Part shown: piece after piece, positions 20,337-24,747 of the stretch
How the letters are laid out: every line of letters begins with the position of its first letter
Position numbering within the stretch: the stretch's first letter is position 1
DNA from: an uncultured cyanobacterium
Lineage (GTDB): Bacteria > Cyanobacteriota > Cyanobacteriia > Cyanobacteriales > Microcystaceae
Direction: 5' to 3'
DNA: 24,747 nucleotides
NCBI GenBank assembly: GCA_963807635.1
Contig: CAWEDJ010000068.1
Span: 1-24,747, forward strand
Program-made: the position numbers and the translations under genes
The notes under the pieces: generated by a model
Seen by the model: the letters and a program-made list of their open reading frames with translations, nothing else
Told to the model about the DNA's origin: nothing
Database searches by the model: none

Positions 20337-21581
20337 TTAAGAGTGTATGACTTTATGATCGGGAGAAATCAGACGAATAAATTTTTGTTTAATTTGAGCA
20401 TCAAAAACCTCCCATTTTAATTTCGTATAATCGGTTTGATGGTTAAATCCACCCAAAAAACCGACGGGAATTTCAAATCCCCCCGCCATATCTCGGCCGC
20501 CGCCATAATAACGTCCTTGGCTGTCTTGACCGAGGGTTTCTTTTAAAAACTCGTCGGGATCTAGGGTTAATTTGTTGGTTCTCAGGGAGCCGATCACCAA
20601 TTCAATCTCATTGGTTGTGTCGTGGACAATTCCATAGACGATCGCGGTATGGATATTTTCTTCTGTCACTAAAAAATCTGCCGCCTGGGGAATAGCGTCC
20701 CTATCTTCATAACGCAAATATCCGACTCCTGCCATCGAAAAATTGTTTTGAACCATGCGATTTTTTAGCGATCGCTCAATTACATCCATCACTCTAGAGG
20801 AACGAGCAGATTGGAGAACCGAATTCAACAACTGGGGATCGTAAATTTTACTTAAATAGGAAGCGGCCAAAAAATCAGCCTCCTGAGCTTGAAGTAAATT
20901 AATTGTATCCGAACGAATTCCGTGCATTAGGGCTGTCGCGCATTTAACATGAATGGGATTCGCCTTATTAAAATCCAGGATTCCTGCTTGCAGATATTGG
21001 GTCAAAATCGTCGCCGTTGACCGCATATTGGGACGAATATCGATAAATTCTGCCTGAATTTCCTCCTGTTTACTATGGTGATCAACCACGATGAGAATGG
21101 GGAGATTAGCCTGTTTAGCGAGGGGCATTAATTGACTCGTATTTCCTTGGCTATCCATCAACACACAACCCTGGTAAACCGACAAATCCCGATCTTTGAG
21201 GGTCTGAACTCCCCAACGCTTGGCGGGTAAACCTGTCAATTTAACGAGAGCAATATTTTCTTGATGGGAGAGAGTTCCTGCATAGACAATATCGCATTGG
21301 ATACCGTATTGTTCGGCAATGAGTTGATAGGCCCAGGAACTAGAAAGAGCATCAGGGTCGGGAAAATCTTGAATCACAATCACATGGCGTTCGTCTCGAT
21401 GGCGTTCTAGAAGCCGTTGAAATTTACCCAATAGGCAGGGAACGGAAGGATAGGAAGTCCCATTGCCATTCAAACCTGACCCCAAAGAAATTTCGGGCAA
21501 CAAATCAAAATTAGCCAGATCATTGACTAATTGTGTCTCAAGAAGATTAGCTTCGACAGGGAGGAGAAGTTCTGAATTCAT
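20337..21581 (-). CDS. DHH-family phosphoesterase (NrnA-like oligoribonuclease/pAp phosphatase family)
   Basis: Motifs QDFPDPDA, LMD, VDHH, GIRSDT and a DHHA1-like GGGR. The likely start is the ATG at 21581. Confidence 0.85.
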   Translation of the reverse strand: MNSELLLPVEANLLETQLVNDLANFDLLPEISLGSGLNGNGTSYPSVPCLLGKFQRLLERHRDERHVIVIQDFPDPDALSSSWAYQLIAEQYGIQCDIVYAGTLSHQENIALVKLTGLPAKRWGVQTLKDRDLSVYQGCVLMDSQGNTSQLMPLAKQANLPILIVVDHHSKQEEIQAEFIDIRPNMRSTATILTQYLQAGILDFNKANPIHVKCATALMHGIRSDTINLLQAQEADFLAASYLSKIYDPQLLNSVLQSARSSRVMDVIERSLKNRMVQNNFSMAGVGYLRYEDRDAIPQAADFLVTEENIHTAIVYGIVHDTTNEIELVIGSLRTNKLTLDPDEFLKETLGQDSQGRYYGGGRDMAGGFEIPVGFLGGFNHQTDYTKLKWEVFDAQIKQKFIRLISPDHKVIHS

Positions 21582-21896
21582 TACCAAGATGGATAGAGGG
21601 GATGGGCTTGATCGAAAGAAATTTTTTTACTGAACTTGAAAAGGATTTAAGCCGTATTTTAGAGATTAGATGAATGAAAAACTGCGTAAAATATTTCTCT
21701 TATTCTATTATAGTTTATCGATAAGTTTTATCAATCAATACTCCCATAGTCAGATTTGAAGGGTTTGCTCAAAATCTTGCTCCTTGGAGTGTTGGTTTCC
21801 CTCGCTTAATTGGTAAAAACTTGGCAAACATCGACACATTTTTTTATAATAATGATTCCTGGATACTTTGAGTTGTTCTTGAGGGACTAACTAAAC

Positions 21897-23179
21897 GTGA
21901 TTGATACTAACCTAGAATTTTTGGCTGAAACCGATCCCGCGATCGCGGAAATGATTGACCGAGAACTCCAACGACAACGGGTTCACTTAGAACTGATTGC
22001 CAGTGAAAATTTTGCATCCCCTGCGGTACTCGCGGCCAAGGGTTCCGTTTTAACCAATAAATATGCAGAAGGACTCCCGAAAAAACGCTACTACGGAGGC
22101 TGTGAATTTGTTGACCAAGTAGAACAACTCGCCATTGATCGGGTGAAAGAATTATTTGGCGCGGCCCATGCCAATGTTCAGCCCCACTCTGGAGCGCAGG
22201 CAAATTTTGCCGTATTTTTAACTTTACTTGAACCAGGCGACACCATTTTAGGCATGGATTTGTCTCACGGTGGTCATTTAACTCATGGTTCTCCTGTCAA
22301 TGTTTCCGGGAAATGGTTCAAAGCGGCTCACTACGGCGTAAGTCCTGAAACGGAACAGTTGGACTACGACCAGATTCGGGAAGTTGCCCTAAAAGTTAAA
22401 CCTAAACTCTTAATTTGTGGTTATTCCGCCTATCCCCGTATTATCGATTTTGCTAAATTCCGCGCGATCGCCGATGAAGTCGGAGCCTATTTACTGGCCG
22501 ATATTGCTCATATTGCAGGATTAGTTGCCACAGGACACCATCCTAATCCTCTACCCTACTGTGATGTTGTCACCACTACCACCCACAAAACCCTGCGCGG
22601 GCCAAGGGGCGGTCTCATTATGACCAAAGATGCGGAATTGGGTAAAAAGCTGGATAAATCTGTTTTCCCTGGCACCCAGGCGGCCCCCTAGAACACGTCA
22701 TTGCCGCCAAAGCCGTTGCCTTTGGAGAAGCTCTTAAACCATCATTCAAAGCCTACTCAGGTCAAGTGATCGCCAACGCTCAGGCTCTAGCGGCCCAGTT
22801 ACAAAAACGAGGTTTTAAAATTGTCTCTGGTGGCACGGATAATCATTTGATGTTGGTCGATCTGCGATCGATTGGTATGACAGGAAAAGTCGCCGATCAG
22901 TTGATGAGCGAAATCCACGTTACCGCGAACAAAAATACCGTTCCCTTTGATCCCGAATCCCCCTTTGTTACCAGTGGTCTGCGCTTGGGTTCTCCTGCGA
23001 TGACGACTCGTGAGCTAGAAGAAACCGATTTTGCGGAAATTGGTGATATTATCGCGGATTACTTATTAAATCCTGATGATAAAGCAATCAAACAAGCTTG
23101 TTTGCAACGGGTAACCGATCTGTGTAAGCGTTTTCCCCTCTATCCCCATCTAAAAATTCCTGTCGGCGCGGCGGTATAA
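21897..23179 (+). CDS. glyA: Serine hydroxymethyltransferase (frameshift near 22680)
   Basis: [37 protein letters not shown]-lysine motif [20 protein letters not shown] and SGLRLGSPA. Confidence 0.97.
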
Positions 23180-23314
23180 TCCTGACACGGTAACGGTTTT
23201 TCCAAGACTTTAGGGGGCTGTGAGCAACCGTCAATCAGAGAAATAAGTGATTCAAGGAGGGTATTTTAGGATAGACTCGGACGTAAGAAGCTCTGAATAT
23301 CCCCGTCTAATCCC

Positions 23315-24382
23315 ATGCTTGGTGAACCCTACCATTTGATTGCTTTTGTCATCTCCGTTGCCGTTGTTTGGACGACAACCCCCATCATCAAACGGGTTGG
23401 ACTCAAGGCGGGCTATGTTGACCGTCCCAATGAACGTAAAATGCACCACCGCCCGATGGTTCGCCTGGGTGGTGTTTCTATTTTTGCGGGGAGTTTAATT
23501 GCCCTACTGATTGTCTGGTGGTCGGGGGGCTTCGGTCTTCTCCCCCCCAATAAAGAATGGGAGATTTGGGGCGTTACCCTGGGGGGAATTGCTTTTTTTG
23601 CGATCGGACTAGTGGATGATTTATTTAGTCTGAGTGCTATTTCCCGACTGATTGCTCAAATAGGGGTCGCTGCGATCGTCTGGACCATGGGCATTCGTAT
23701 TGATTTTTTAACCCTGCCTTTTGCGAATCTGATCCATCTCGATTGGTTGAGTCTTCCCATCACGGTAATTTGGTTAGTTGGCATAGCCAATGCCATTAAC
23801 TGGATCGATGGTTTAGATGGTTTGGCGGCAGGAGTTTGTGGCATTTCGGCAGTTGTCTTGTTGATTCTCTGCCTATTTATGGAACAGCCCGCCGCCGCTT
23901 TAGTTGCAGCCGCCTTAGCGGGAGGAGCTTTGGGTTTCTTGCGTTATAACTTCAACCCCGCCCAAATTTTTATGGGAGACGGAGGAGCCTATTTTATGGG
24001 TTTTACCCTAGCAGGGGTTGCGGTTATTGGTTTGGTCAAAATTGCCGCAGTAACAACCGTTGCAGTAACAGCAGTGCTTTTACCCTATCTGGTGTTAGCT
24101 GTACCTATTCTCGATATGTCCGTTGTAATTTTATCGCGTATTAAGAAAGGTCAATCTCCCTTTGTGGCGGATAAGGGACATTTACACCATCGTCTGATTA
24201 AGGCAGGTATTTCTCACCGTTTAACGGTTTTATTTATCTATGCCTTAACGCTCTGGGTGGGAAGTCTGGCTCTCGCTTTCTCTAATATTCCGAGCGGTTG
24301 GGGTTTTGCGGTAGGAGCGACTTTTTTATTAATCTATCTGGGTTGGCAGGTCTGGTCTAATCGTCGTAAAACGAAGGAATAA
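23315..24382 (+). CDS. Glycosyltransferase family 4 (WecA/TagO/MraY-like undecaprenyl-phosphate GlcNAc-1-phosphate transferase)
   Basis: Polytopic membrane protein with RKMH..P..RLGG, GLVDD, NAINWIDGLDGL, YNFNPAQIFMGDGG and DKGHLHHRL. Confidence 0.9.
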   Translation: MLGEPYHLIAFVISVAVVWTTTPIIKRVGLKAGYVDRPNERKMHHRPMVRLGGVSIFAGSLIALLIVWWSGGFGLLPPNKEWEIWGVTLGGIAFFAIGLVDDLFSLSAISRLIAQIGVAAIVWTMGIRIDFLTLPFANLIHLDWLSLPITVIWLVGIANAINWIDGLDGLAAGVCGISAVVLLILCLFMEQPAAALVAAALAGGALGFLRYNFNPAQIFMGDGGAYFMGFTLAGVAVIGLVKIAAVTTVAVTAVLLPYLVLAVPILDMSVVILSRIKKGQSPFVADKGHLHHRLIKAGISHRLTVLFIYALTLWVGSLALAFSNIPSGWGFAVGATFLLIYLGWQVWSNRRKTKE

Positions 24383-24747
24383 AAATTGGAGATTTTGATC
24401 AGTAATAATACAAGAAAATAATTTTAAATCACAATAAAAGAAGTATTAAAAAAGTTGACTCTATTTCATCTATAGCGTTTTTCAGCAGGATCGGTATCGT
24501 GTGCGCCTTTAACTTCTTCCATTTCAGTTGTCAAAAATCTGCTTGAGATTTGTGATTATTTCTAGTCTTTCTGATCTTAATTTCTTGTTTTTTGGGGACA
24601 TAGTTACCATAAATTAACAAACAGAACAATCTGACATGAGAGCGAATATCATGGACTAATCAATTTAGCGTCTTTTTTTTAAGAGCGGGGTGAAGAAAAT
24701 TGATGTTTTTCCAAGATTCACGGGATTATCAGATTCTTTTTTTATGT

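Noticed and set aside
24383..24747. AT-rich tail as a possible CRISPR leader, sRNA or gene start
   Set aside because: No repeats, convincing ORF or stable structure are visible, and the window ends here.

Overview
This is cyanobacterial chromosomal DNA (about 26 HIP1 octamers, GCGATCGC, counted by eye). It consists mostly of housekeeping genes: glcD, an SDR oxidoreductase, menE, yceD, a bgtA/bgtB-type amino-acid ABC transporter, an SLH porin, coaD, cdv3/DivIVA-like, ndhF1, clpC, a DHH phosphoesterase, glyA and a WecA/MraY-family transferase. Many of these carry single-base frameshifts that look like sequencing or assembly errors. The standout is an AT-rich three-gene minus-strand cassette (14813-17252) between ndhF1/DUF29 and clpC. 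It encodes an LRR-less Roc-COR GTPase flanked by two otherwise dissimilar small proteins that share a 19-aa 5-periodic motif (GDNIAxDKIxGDKIGRDxI, 16/19 identical, codons diverged), at the N-terminus of one and the C-terminus of the other. This matched-motif layout resembles amyloid-motif signalling in fungal and bacterial NLR cell-death systems, but with a Roco GTPase; that function is inference. Other notable items are a TA-flanked MITE-like element nested in a GTAG palindrome, an NtcA box between bgtA and bgtB, an MNT antitoxin with a truncated HEPN partner, and an atypical SemiSWEET abutting glcD.
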